64,000 nucleotides of DNA, taken from positions 8,156,358 to 8,220,357 of the forward strand of contig MU054187.1 in NCBI GenBank assembly GCA_013239625.1, given 5' to 3'. Below are positions 27,716 to 41,407 of the stretch, in pieces. The notes beneath the pieces were generated by a model. The model saw only the letters and a list, made by a program, of their open reading frames with translations, did no database searches and was not told the DNA's origin. The stretch is from Lama guanicoe. Taxonomy: Eukaryota. The stretch's first letter is position 1; the number at the start of each line of letters is the position of its first letter. The position numbers and the translations under genes were made by a program.

Positions 27716-30594
27716 CCATCCCAACTCATGAAGCAACGATTTAGTCATTAACTCTGGGAACTCCCTTGACTTATAACTTCTCAATTTTTAGATTTATTAT
27801 AAACATGGAGACTAGGTATACAAGTCATAAACATGACTTTTATCCGATACTTTGTGGATTTTATTTCTAATCTCTTCAACAACCCTCTATATCAGGTATT
27901 ATAACTGACCAATTTTTTGTGTAAAGAAACCAAGGATCAGAGGCAGAGTGTGGTATGTTTCACCACATCACATTTCTGGGTGCCCACACACCTGTCCCTG
28001 ATCCCCCATGATCTATTCAAATGGCTTTTTCTTCCCCTTCCCACACTAAGCCTGTTTTTCATGTCAACAGCAAACTAAAAGGAATAATTTTGTAGTGTTA
28101 AAATACAGTATTCTTAATAGAGTCCATTTTCAGTTCAGCTGACACTCATTTTAGCTAATAGCGTGTTTTACTTTTGCAATATGCCTTGAGGCAACTTTAT
28201 AGCAGATTTTGCTTTTATAAATAGAAAATAAATTAATATTAATTTAAGATCCTGTTTTTGACAAATACAAAGCAAAGGGTAGATCCTAAGTCTTACAAGA
28301 AAAATGTAACAGCTGAAGTCATCAATAGTTTGAGCAATAAAATGTTGGACTCCCCAAAGGAAAAAATATATATATAATGAGCTATAAAAAATAAACTTTG
28401 TAAGTGTGCCTGCTTTAATAAATCACCTCTTTGCATTACTATCAACAACCTAAATTTTAAATAAATTAAGTCGTTTCTCACTAATCTATTTAGCTTTATA
28501 AATGATATTCAGGTTGATTTTGCTTTGCTTTGTTTTATTGGGATAAGGGGAAGTGGTTTATTGCAAGCAAGCCACAAATCCTGAATGAGAAAGGACTGGT
28601 TAGATAAATACTCAGATTGTGCACAGATCTTCTCATGTAAAGCATGACTTTTTAATATTTAAGCATTTTAAAAATAGAAGAGCCTTCATAAGTACACTCC
28701 ATCCCCAAGACATGTTGAGATAGAGGATAGATGGTCATTTGGGTACTCTAAAGGGGATTTAAGCATCTGATAGAGAACCGAGGTCCCTTTCCAATCCAAC
28801 AATCCATGAAATTCTGTGAAATAAGTAAAATTTCAATTTGTAAAAATAGGCATCCTGCAATTTTACTAACATTATTAATTGTCTATCTTTAGAAAAACAG
28901 TTTGTTTGATTTAAAATACTCATACTGAGGACCACACAGCTGTGGCTGCATATGGGACCAAGACAGGATTTAAAGTAGCTGAGTTTTATAGTCTTATTGT
29001 ATTTCAAGAGGATCAATTCGATCCTAGGCTGCATATACCTACAGCCATCCTATAAAGCATCATGTTCACAAACACTGAACTTTCCTGGAACCATGCCTCA
29101 ATAGCCCTTCTTTTTTTTTTCCCCCTAATTTGTCAACACATTCACTATTGCCAGTGTTAAAGACAATTTAGCAACAGATTTACCATTGCAGCATTTCTGA
29201 AAGTTGGCCAATACTGGAAGAGAGACCAGAAAAGGTGATGGAATTTTCTCGTCTAGAAAGGTCATCTGTGTCTAGTGTGGGATGGCCTAAGGTTAGAGAA
29301 GTGGACTGAATGACTTCCCAAGACCCCCTCCAGTACTAGGTCTCTGCGATATTCTCTCTGCTTTTAACTAGAAAGAGAAGCTTATGGTAGAAAGATCTGT
29401 ATTCGTGCATTTGCTCATTCTTAGAAAAAAAAAAGCAATGGATTTTATGTGAAAGGAAAGACATAAAAAGAAAAGAGAAAAACAGGAAGGAAGAGAGAGA
29501 GGGAGGTAAGCAGCAAAACAAGAATGAGGAGATCAGACACAGAAGTAGATCAGCTAATGGACAAAAATTCCTGACTCCTGACTACCAGGGCAGCGCCGGA
29601 AATCTGCACTCTGACTCCGTTTAATTCTTGCCTGAGTATACTTCTGTGAGCCCCGTGGAGATGTCAGGGTCTGCTACGCAGTGTATGCAGCGCACTAAGA
29701 GATACTTGGCGTGAAGACGATGAATTTTCAAACTAGTTCAAGAGTAATTGAAAATGGAATTCTGAGAAAAGCTAACGTGTATCCTTATCTCCACATAAAC
29801 ACATCAATACTCATTTTAAGCCTGCCAGCTATCTATCTGCTAGGAAACACTCAATACTGCTCCTTGTACATTGAGCAGATCATTGAGTTTTCTCTCAAAA
29901 AATAATAGTACAATCATTTGCAACAAGAAATTCTTCTTTGTCTGATGAAATAGTACCATCCCTGAGCTGCTGCCTTATATTTCAGGAGGCACAGGAGTTC
30001 AGTCTGTGAATTTCATACCGGTAAGAGGAGCTCAGACTCAGGCCATAATATCACAGATTTCTGAAGCTGCAAGGGATCTTAGAGATCATCCAGCCAACCC
30101 CCATTATTTTGCAGGTAAAACAGCGAACTCTTAATAAAAGTCATACTAATACCCCAGTTGCCTATTACTTTTATTTTCAAACTTGACTATTCTCATTTTT
30201 CTTAACAAGCAAGGCTCTACACTTCTAGTAGGGGAAAAGTTCCCTTGGGGCAGGAGTATATCTCTAGTTCTAGCCTGATTTTTTTAAATCATAAATATGT
30301 TTACACATTCTGGAGTTAAAGCATGCTGCTTACTGTGATTCTGGTCCTAGTTAGAGCAAAGGTTAAGGACTTGGGAGGAAAAATGTTACAATACTGCTCC
30401 AAGTAGCTAAGACTACATCACCACAAAGAAGCAGTTGGAAATACACACAAGATTCCTTTATTTCATTTGCTCCTTTTGCAATCCAGTGAAATGAGTATAA
30501 TTTTTCTATTTCACAGATGGTGAAACTGAGCCTCAAAGTCAATGACCTACTCAAAAAAAAAATACAGGTAAGTGGGAGCTCTGGAAACTTATAA

Positions 30595-31560
30595 TTGCAA
30601 GAAATAAATTCCTGGACAACTCAGGTAAGGATAAGATCAAGCACAAGTGGCTGGAATTAACCATGGAAAAATGGGAGAGCAGAAAGGGGAAATAATGAGT
30701 GGAGGTACTAGAGGTTTTCTGAATTGAAGAGAAAGAAGTTGACAGTATTATTGCCACAGATGTCCTCAATGCTCTAAGTAAATCCGGAAAGCTTATCCTT
30801 TAAGTGTAAAAGAAATAAGAACAAGACTGGAGACATAAGGAGCAGAGCAATGGATTGGAACTGCTGCATCCAAATGTGATGTAAGGTCACGAGAACAAGG
30901 AAGGTCTGGCTGAGGACAGAATGCATCAATTTCTATAGGATCCAATTATTATGCTTTTATGACCTTCTCTCCAACTGGCAGGGCAAGAGCTGGGAATGCA
31001 TAGGCAGGCTGCATTAGATCCCAGAACTGGCAGAACAGATCCACTGCAAGATCAAGAACGTGCTAGATTGAGCACTCTTGAAATGTCAAGGTTTCATCAC
31101 TGATCATGGGACTCAGAGTAGGTAGGAATTCAAAACAATTCAAAAGTAAATCAACAGCCCCAGGGAAAAGGAGTTTTAAAAATAAAAAGTCAATATTAGG
31201 TCATTTGGTGTAAGGGGATGATCAAGGGACAACTTGTAAAAACTGATGAGAACAGGAAACACTGGAAATAATACTGCTGATATAATTATCATTATTATAA
31301 CTGATCTTAAGATATTGGAGATAAACCTTTCTACTTGGGGGTGAGATCCCACAGGAGTACTCATACTGATAAAGTAAAGGTGAATAAATGGGGGCATTAA
31401 GAAAAAATCAAGTATCCAATAATCAAGTAAAAAAATTTAAGGATGTTCACAGGAGCTAAAGTAGAAAGGCAAGCGATAAGCTGAAATTATCAAGACGGAT
31501 GAGACTGATAGAAATTATTTGATGATTAACAATGAGGATAGGAAGAAAAGAGTAAAATGG
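30595..31560 (-). mobile_element. Probable ancient LINE (L2-like) internal fragment
   Basis: Long purine-biased degenerate stretch typical of antisense L2; no clear diagnostic terminus. Confidence 0.35.
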
Positions 31561-34454
31561 GTAAAGGGTGTTTAAAACATAGTAAAGGGTTATTTATATT
31601 ACAATTGTGTGACAAAGCAAGTGTCAACACAACTTCTCCAAAAGCAATAAATTTAGAAGCTACATTTCCCATGATGGTGTCAAGAAATTTTTATTAAGAT
31701 TAAACTTTAATAATTTTATTCCTTCCTTCACTCTAAATATTCCATGAGTACATTTCCAAGAACTGTACCAGATACGCAGTATACAATTGTGATCAAAATA
31801 GGTATGATTCTAGTTCTCAGTAGCCTAAAGTCTTCATAGCAAACATATAAAAGGCTAGATAGATAATCTCTACAACATCAAAGTTAAGGATAAACTAATC
31901 AGTCTCTCATTTATAAATTAGGAAACTAAGATATAACTAATTAACGCCAGAGCCACTGGTAGAAGCCAGGTCTCTGGGTTACTAGCCCAGAGCTTTTAGA
32001 CTAAATTATGCCAAATCACTCCAGGTTTGGAAGACATGCTAAGGGGAAAAAAAACTATCTTTCATAATTCTAAGACACCTTCTTTACAATCATTGCTTTC
32101 CAACCTCCTCCCAAGCTCCACTTTTCCCTAGATGCTATCTCACTTGGAAAAGACAGAGTGGACTGACTGGAGATTTCCCCATTTCTCCTATTTGATTCTT
32201 ATCCTACAATGAGAAATTACCACTCAATGGATGGTAAAAATAGAAGATAGGAAGAACAAGTTAAGAATCTGAGAAATTTTGGGCATTCTTTTTATTCTTC
32301 CATGTATGTCTACTATAGTGTCTTTTGCAAAGTAGGTAATCAATAAGAATTAACTTTGTTTTTAATTATGTGTCATTTCAGTAATAATCTGTACATTTAA
32401 AATTAAATGATTCAAATTTAGATCATGAAAAATTAGAGTAATAGATTTGTAACTTTTACATTTAAAGAATTGTTTTTCTGACTTTTAAGTTTCATAAATA
32501 TTTAAGTCCCATATGGTGTATATGCAATATGTGTTTCTGAATCACCACAATTGGAATTAATATATCAGCATAGCACATGCTGACATTTCTACAGTTTTGG
32601 GTACGTACTGTGCCTGACTTTTCCCATCATAGGGCAGCTGTTGAGATGCAATGGCAAACCACCTAGACATGTTCTACATAACTAAACCAGAGACAATAAT
32701 TTGAAGACTAAAGCTGATCTCTGAAAGAGATCTGTCTTCTTTAACCCTTTCTATGGAATCCAGAATATCATCACATACAAAATGTGGTGGTCTTTTATTG
32801 ACAAGAGGTGGATCTGGCTAAGGCCAGATCTCTGCCACAGCCATCAGCAGGATGCCAGGACAGCACAGTTTTCCTACAACAAGTGGTGGCTAAAGAAGCC
32901 CAAAGGCAGGTAGACGGGAGTCATAGCCTCTTCGCTGTCTCCAGGCATTGCCATGGCTCCGCCTCCCTTGCACACCACACCCATTATGCAGACACACACA
33001 TTCACACACACCAAATTTAACCCTCTCATCTACCAGAGGTGCACAGAATTCTCTCCAACAACCACTGCAGAAGTTAGAGCTCCAACAGTTTTCCTTTATG
33101 CTTTATCTGTAAACGTAGACACACACAATAAAACATACTTCCACAATAAGGAACTCCATCACTACAAGCTTAACTGTCACAGGAGATGGGCAATCGCTTA
33201 CATTGGGTCATTTTAATGATAACTGAGAGAGAAGACTGTGGTTGAGTCCACAGTTTGAGCGCCTCTTTGATTGACTAGATTATAGTGTTATCCCTAGAAT
33301 CTTTCTGCGAAACAGCAAGGGTACAGAATCCTCCTTCTTGTTCTTGGGAGTTAATTTCTTTCTCTGCCTAGAGAAAATCTCACCCTTCAAGATCTCTCAA
33401 ATATCCCTTGTTCAGTGAAGTTTTTCTTAAAGCCACCAGGAAGAATCAATTCTTCTGTAACTGTGCCAGTAAACAGCACTTTGCTCATGATATTAAAACA
33501 CTTATGACTTTACATAATAGTTTGTGTGTGTTTCTATTCTAATCGTTAGTCATCACTGTTTCTGTACCTCCAAAGTGCCTTCTGTGTATATGTCAGTGTT
33601 ATATAACTCACTGTGCTGTCTGTGGTTTATCTGTTTACACATCTGTCTCTTTTTACCCCTCCTCCATCTCCCCTCATAGTGATCTTGGAGATCAAGACAG
33701 AGATTGTAGCTAATTTATCTTGGAGTCTACCATTCAGTTAGCAAGCAGACTTCCAGGAGACTAAATGTTGTCCCTGCCCTTGGGGTTGGACGGCCAATCA
33801 ATGTGGCCCTGGCCTTTGTCTAGACTGACTTCTGCTAACCAGTTCTAGATCAAACTTCAGTACTTGTTACCTTTGTTCCTTTTCTTATAATCTTTGGAGG
33901 AACATACCTTCTTGTTTCTAGTTACAGAGCAGAATCTATAACCATTTTGTATGACCCTTGAAAGCTCCTTCTTAAGAATTGTGATTGGCATACATCTTAC
34001 TGACTTGGGCCATATTCTTCTAATCAAAGCATCCTGTGTTCTGTGTTGCTTCTCTGTCTTATTTTCTTTGGCTGCTCCACTGGGGTCTGCTTCCAAGACT
34101 CCTTTCAGGACACACCCTCTAGGATACCCGACTTTTGGCTTCCGGTCTTTTCATGTTTCCTTAATCAACCACGGGACTCAAGGGACCTACAGTCCATCCT
34201 CAGTTCTCTCCATTCTACTTTTTTCTACAAAATTTTTTCAGCTCTGAGAGTTAATGAACATTTCACAGCTTTATCCCACCTTATTCTCTCTCCAGAGCAC
34301 CTGCCCTCACCTTCAAGAGAACTTTCTCCTACCTGAATTTATGATGTAAACTTGTATGTTAGAGAAAAAAATATCTCTTAACTGCTTCCTTTTAGCATTT
34401 TAAAAACCTTTAGATTCCACATTGACAATTCCACCATTCTTCCTATATCCTTGT

Positions 34455-34660
34455 CATGGTAGAAGCAGGGGCTTTGGAATCAAAGAAATACAAATAGAAC
34501 CCCAGATTTATGATCTTGGTTTTAAGTTATTTACCACTGAGGTACTTCACTTACTACTCAGTAAACTGGGAGTGAAAGCACCCAACTGCCATGTTGTTTT
34601 GAAGGCTCAAGAAGATTTTACAACATGTGGTAGGCACTCAATAAATGGTAACTGTATGTA
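34455..34660 (+). mobile_element. MIR SINE
   Basis: GGGCTTTGGAATCAAA..CAGTAAACTGGGAGTGA..GTTGTTTTGAAGGCTCAA..TGGTAGGCACTCAATAAATGGTAACT. Confidence 0.65.
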
Positions 34661-35544
34661 GTAAGGGAAAAAAAAAAAGCAAATCACTACTTACTGGATG
34701 GGGATCCTCAATTCATGTTTATGGGAAGTCCAATTGAAACAAAGTGACATTTGAAATCAGTTTCATCATAGTGGCTTCCAAATCCAACACCTTGCATAAT
34801 ATTTGTCTAAATTTGAGATGCTTTCCCCCTCATTTTTATAAAAACTCTCTGCATATGAAGAGACTATTTGGACCATTTTATGAAAGACCAGGGAGTCTAG
34901 AATGAACAATTTACTGGAACTATCTGCATTCCTGATCCCTGTACATTGTTTGTCTGTATAAATAGTGGTGTTATCACTTCTGCCTAGAGCAAAGATTTAA
35001 CCGCTCCATAAAGATGGCAGGGCCAAATAAAAGCTATTTCATTAATTCAGAAAATAGATTACTTTTGAGCCAAATCACCACCATCCTAATGAGAGGCTGA
35101 GCTTGCAAATATAGTCACAGATCTTCTGCAAGCTCACAGTACTTGCCACCCAGCCATGGACACAAAGAAAACACCATTGATTTTATAAATCAATAAAATG
35201 AATACTGAGGGTCAATAAAATTAGAATGATGACAAAGGTCACATTTTGGTTCTTCAACTTTCTGATTCCGCCATGTTCAAGCACTCAAACTCAATAGTTT
35301 CTACGAACAGCACTAAGGTGAAGAAGAAGAGAGACCCCCTGCTGAAGGAGGCCTTTGGCAATCGTGAGTCTTAATGGGTGTCTTCCCAAGAGGACAGCTT
35401 CTGACAATACCAACCTCTAAAGTGTACCTGTTCAAAGTGTTTCATAATTCACATCTACTCCCTGCCCAGCTCTCATACTATATTTGTTGTACAAAGTAAA
35501 CCCTGGACAGATAATTTTAAAACCTCTTCCCCAGTGAGAGCTTC

Positions 35545-36760
35545 TCATCCATTCATTTATTCACTTACTCATCAATATTCATTAAGAGATTTCTAGAGGC
35601 CAGATACCCAGCTAAAGCTATAGATACAATGAAGAATAAGAAGGACATGGCCCCTGTCCACTAAAAGGGGCAATGACATCACCTTACAATAGAGCACTAG
35701 GACTCAGTGAGGACAGGGGGCTCACCCATGAGACCTATCTGAGAACACAACATTTCCACTGACTCCTGAAGAATGAACAGAAGGAATCCAAGTGAAGAGG
35801 GAGAGCTGAGGGATGAGGCTGGAGGTAGGAAGAAACCAGGATTTTTAATTCGTGCTAATGTGTTTAAACTTTGCAGTAGAAGTAATGACAAGGAGTCACA
35901 AGAGGACCAGGATGCGGACAATGTGGTAAGAATATTTTTCTATTTTTTCAATTGTATTTTCTGATTTTCCCTTCATAAACACATATACTGACTTCACAAT
36001 AAGAAAGACTGTAGGAGTACATTTAAGTTTGAATTAATAAAGAGAAAGAGAAAATAATGACAAGAAAGCAACCCTGAGCCCGAAGCTTCTTGGTATTTTT
36101 TTAAACGTGTGTTACTATGGTCTTTACTGAAGCTAGACCACAAATTTAGCTCTATGCTTATTAGAAATGAATTAAAAGGGGGAAAATCCACTAGCTTCAT
36201 AAAAGGCACAAGGTCCAGGAATACGAAGGCCAAGACGGATAGAAAGGAATGAGTAGGGAGAGAAGGAAGGAAAAGAACTAGAAGAGCAGGTGTAGGCAGA
36301 TGGTGTAGGACCCGAGGGTCACTGCAAGGGCTCTGGATTTTATTCTGAGTGTGTCAGAAAGCTTTGTGTGGTTTCGAGGTGTGGAGTGAAGTGATTTGAT
36401 TTCAATGTTAACAGTTCACTTTGGCAGCTCTGTGGAGGATGGGTTCAGTCTGGGGAGCAGAAGAGTCAAGAGCAGAAATAAGGAGACCAGTTTGAAGAGG
36501 ATGGTGGTAAAGAAAGAGAAATATAATCGGACTTAGAAAAGACAGAGGTGAGCGGGTTTGCTGATGGTTGGAGAGGGTGCTAAAGGGAAGGGGGAATCCG
36601 GGGTGGGGTGGTGGGAGCTCCTCGCTGTTTCCAGGGAATGGCTATGTCATTTACTGAGAGAAGGAAAACTGGGAGGATTTCGCAGGGGAAGGGCAGGAAA
36701 TTAAGAGCTCTGTTTTTGGACATGTTAAATTTGAGATACCTTTTGCACATCTGTCTATTA
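35545..36760 (-). mobile_element. LINE-2 fragments (interrupted)
   Basis: CATTCATTTATTCACTTACTCATCAATATTCATTAAG tail, then GGACATGGCCCCTGTCC; resumes ~36200 with GGATTTTATTCTGAGTG..GAGCTCTGTTTTTGGACATGTTAAATTTGAGAT. Confidence 0.7.
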
Positions 36761-37867
36761 CAAGGGGCTCATTAACAAAGGTAAGTCCCTACTTTATGGC
36801 ATGTCAGGATGTATGGCAAAGCAAAGAAATCTGGTGAGAAAGTGCAAGAAAATATCTTGATGCTAAAAGGCTCCTGAATACCACAGCCATCAGCTTCATT
36901 TGCCAGAGCACGGCAATCCTGTCTCAGAATGCTGGGTTTTACAGATCTGCAGAGCTTCGGCAGGGGCCCTGACCGGGTTCCTTCTCTGCCCCCTTCCCCG
37001 CTCATGTCCACTCAGGTCACTCTCAAACTGTTTACTCTACCTCACCTCCTGCAGTCCTCCTGTACTCTCCTGTGCTCACCCGTGGAAGCATTTCCTTTGA
37101 GGATGAGGGATTCAGTTTTGGCTCTCAGCGTAATCTTGGTGCTAATACTTCACTCCTGCTCTGAGGAAGGAGGATCAGGCTTCAGCAAGTAATTCTGAAA
37201 TAGTTACCTCTGGGTCCTGCCCAACTGTCACCTGGCCAAAGAGGTCGCCTATCAGAAATTCTAAGGTGACGAACCAAGTCCTTTCCATGGATTAAAACGA
37301 TAGGGTTGGGGTTTTTGAGAGAATCAAACAAGATAATGGATTATAAAAGCAATTTAAATGAACTGTGATGTTATTCATGTCTCCTCTATTGAACCCAGAA
37401 CAGCTCAAGCTCCCCAAGTTCTTTATTCCTTCAACAATTATTTACAATGTGCCAATCACCAATACGCCTCAAAGATGCTTTATTATAGAAAACTCACAAA
37501 CTCACAAATAGAAGAGACATTCATAAAATATACTTGCAAAAAGAAGTGTGAATGGAAATGCACAGAAACCCAGAGGGTTGGGGAGCCCCCTCCTGGGAAG
37601 CAGGGGACAAAGAGGCAATGTCCCCTATAGGATGTCAAGAACTACTGAAGAATCTTAAATACAATCAGTTTGAGTTTTAGGAAGTACTGTGGCAGCAAGA
37701 AAAGAGAATAGATTGGAAAAGGGTGAGAAGGGAGATAGACCATGGACAGACTACTGTCATATTCCATGAGTGAGATGGTGATGTCTGAACTAAAACCATT
37801 ATCCCTGGGATGGACAGGAAAAGATGGATTCTTGAGATAGTTACATTGCAAAAATTTAAGGCCACTT

Positions 37868-37912
37868 CCTGCCTATACCCCTGCATATACTCCTGCCTAT
37901 ACTCCTGCCTAT
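37868..37912. repeat. 12-bp tandem repeat, ~3.7 copies of CCTGCCTATACT
   Basis: cctgcctatacc cctgcatatact cctgcctatact cctgcctat. Confidence 0.85.
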
Positions 37913-40794
37913 TTAAATATTCAGAAAAGGGGGGAAACCATGGACAATGAGGAAGGGTCTGGTTTGAACAGGATTTTGGCTACAGCTTTCAAGATGTAAT
38001 GTTATACATTCAATGCTTTAGTTTAAGTTTTCCGTGGGTATTTAGCCCTGCTGTCTTCCAATACAAATCCATTTTCCTTTATTGAATTTCTTCAAATGAC
38101 ATCATGAGGGAGGCTCCAAACAAGTTCAGCAGAAAAGACTTTTCCTGAGAAGAATGGCCAATAATACCATAATGTCCAAACTCTCCAGGAAGATTTAGAT
38201 GTGTTTCCTGGATGATTGCTTAAATGAGATATCACATGCAAACTGCAAATAAAGTGCCCGGCACATTAGAGGCACTCAATAAATTTTAACTATTTTGCCA
38301 TTAAGGCTTAGTCATCAATATTGATCACAGGCTTTCTCTGGATGGTTACTTAATCATCAAGTATTTCAAGCAATATGTATTTATTGAATATGTGCACAGT
38401 TCTCCACAGGCAACATTCCCTGCCATGTAGTTTGCCCGGAGTTGATTTCCAGTCCAGAGAAACACTCTTTGGAAAGAGAGTGCAGAACAACAGAGGCGGC
38501 ACCAGCCTTGGAATCAGAACTCCTTGCAGCACAAGGTGAGTATGATGTTAACCCACGGCGCTCACTTAACCTTTGGGGAAACTGACACTGCTGCGTGCGT
38601 CATTCACTTGGCTAGAGGTGGAACCGGGCCTAGAAGTGGGGGCTCCTGATCCTCGTTGGTACCTTTTCCATGACACCACATTCATGTGAGACCCATTCAC
38701 CCTGGAAGGCTACCACATGGTCTAACCTGCTTCCCTGCACAGGTGACTACTGCGATAAGTTAATTCCTGAAAACCTGAAACAATTCCTTAAAATATGGTT
38801 AAGCAGGGCAGATACAACCAGCTCCATTTACGCGTATGCCTGCTAATTCACAGGCCTTCAGACACTGCATACATATCAGAAACTGGAGAAAAGCAATAGT
38901 TTGGATTCATGGTGATTTGGCGATTTATTTTCCTAAATGTATTTTTCTAGATTTCTATGTAAAAGTCACTGAATATACACGTATACACACGCACACATAC
39001 ACACAAAAACATCTTAAGCCTTATAGGTAAAATCAGTAAAATTCATTGTTTTCTACCAAGAGTTCCATTGTTACTCTGTTAGTTTAAAATGAGCCTTAAG
39101 CTCTCCGAGTAATTCATTTATGTTTCGAGTCTGGTAGGGACACATCTGAGCAAACCAAATACTGGGGATACGTTATGTATGAACACAGAACTTCTGCATC
39201 TTTAGTCCTTCCGAGTTTGTAGCCTGGAAAACCAAATTAAGGAAAGGGAATTTATTAGCCATGTTCATACCCATTAACTAATTAGTATTCACTCTCTCTT
39301 TTGCAAGTAAGCAATTGTGTCTCCATTTTGGGGATGAAGAAATTAAATCAAAGGCAAAGAACTGCACTGGTTCACCTGAGACTTAGCTCCAAATAAAGCT
39401 CAAGATTTAACAGTTATTTGGCTAATATTTTGGCCACTGACATTATAGCACCATTCTGAGAGAATTCAAACAAGCGCCCTTATTGCTCCTTCTCCTTTGT
39501 TCTATGTAGTAATCCTCCACCCTTGATTTTGATCAATACACCCAAATGCATAACTTCCCAGGTTATTAGTATCTTTGAAGCAAATAACTAGTGTGATCCC
39601 CAATGCTTAATTCCTATCCAAAAAACACTATGTTAAATTTTAATATTCTATCTTTCATATTTTATCATCATTTAATCACCAAAAAATACTGTAATGTTAA
39701 AAGTACTACTCTATCTTTTTTTTAAATCTAATTTCCTCTGAGTTTTTAGCTCAGTGAAAAGAATTCTTAGATTACTTACATTAAGGTCTTCACTTTTTCA
39801 GAAATAGTCTTTTATAGGAACAATAGCCATTTAAAGATTTTAACATAAGGATCTTGAAAGAAAATTAATGTTTCAACAAGAAACTATAAGAAAATAGAAG
39901 CATTCGTTTAACTTGAAGTTAAATGTTTTCTAACTTAGCATTTATATTTTGATTTTTATATTTGATATCATTTATCATTCTCATGGTGTTCACCAGTATT
40001 AATAAATTTTTACAGTTCCCATTAAAACAAGGATTATTACTCTCATGGTAAGAAAACTGAAGCAGAGAATTATATTCAATATATTAAAAGGATACTCATC
40101 TCTAGAAAATCCCATGCAATACAGGTATATTACTATTCTACCCTTATTTTTTTCTTTGAGAATTAAGCACTTAAATATCAAACATTTAACAAATGCAACA
40201 GAATCAAGGGCTTGAAAGAGTTAACTCTGCTACAAAATGATGCCTAACCTCAATAAGGAAGTAGCCCAAACCCTTGAAGTTTCAGGTTAATGATTTAATT
40301 CGCTAGATTGTGCATTAGGATGTGAACTAGGAGAGAAAAAAAAACTTTCTTAAAATATTAAAGAACTGGGAAAAGAAGGAAAAAGAATCATCAAATCCCA
40401 AAATTAAGTTTCTGAGAAGCAACTGCCTTTGCCCAATTTCTCTGTTTCACAGTATAATGTAACATAAAATGCCATTTCAGGGAGATGTGTATATAAATAG
40501 GTTTGCCCCAAACCCATCAGCTCACACACCTATGTGACTAAAAGGCAGCCCAAGTCAACGTCCTGGTGAAGGCACTGTGGCCAAACTGAACAGTCTGAGC
40601 CCAAGAATGGGGCCCTTGGAGAAGAGCGTACGGAAGAGCGTGGGGGCTTCTGCCGTACAACAGAAGTGTGACATGGCCCTGGGAATGAGAGCAGAGAGAG
40701 AGGTGAGTCTGGGAAGACCCACAGTGATTAAGTACTTCCTTCTGCCATGAATGATTATGAGGAAAATAAATCATACGAGATATTTCTGGTTTAA

Positions 40795-41030
40795 GAAAAA
40801 GAACACAGATTCTGGAGACAAGCTTATTTGAATTCTGAACTGGGATTCCAAAATGTGTTAGCTGTGTGACCCTGGACAGGTTATACAACCCTCCAGAGTT
40901 TTCTCATCTCTAAATGAAGAAAAATTAATACTCACCTTGACAGATTTCGGTGAGAATATATGAAATAATGTGCCATGAAAAAGCCAGGTAGAGCACTCAG
41001 CGTATAATAAACACAACCAAGTATCAGTTC
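40795..41030 (+). mobile_element. MIR SINE
   Basis: TAGCTGTGTGACCCTGGACAGGTTATACAACCCTCC..TTTTCTCATCTCTAAATGAAG..AATACTCACCTTGACAG..GTGAGAAT. Confidence 0.75.
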
Positions 41031-41366
41031 GCTTTTCTTCCCACCTTCCCCCTGTCTTAAAGATCAGGGGACACGAAGGACAACCTCACTGACAATCCAA
41101 CAATTCCATTGTCTCCTGGGCAATTCAGGTGTTTGGGTCCCCTTGATCTCTCGCTCCATCTATTGGAGTGTATTTCCAAACTAGTGATGTATAAAACTGC
41201 ACGGTCATTTGTCCTAGTTTGTTTGACTTCTTTTGATGTTCTAAAAAGTCCTTGATAACCACGTTTATATATGTCTGTGTTCCAACCTCAAACTAAAGCC
41301 ATCCTCATACCTCAGCAACTAAGCTACCATCATTTGTTCTCTCTCTCATATTCTTTCTCTCTCACC

Positions 41367-41368
<2 letters not shown>

Positions 41369-41404
<36 letters not shown>
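41369..41404. repeat. (AC)18 microsatellite
   Basis: Perfect AC run seen directly. Confidence 0.95.

Positions 41405-41407
<3 letters not shown>

Noticed and set aside
33700..34200. Possible old LTR fragment (also ~700-1000)
   Set aside because: Could not be assigned to a family by eye; needs a Dfam search
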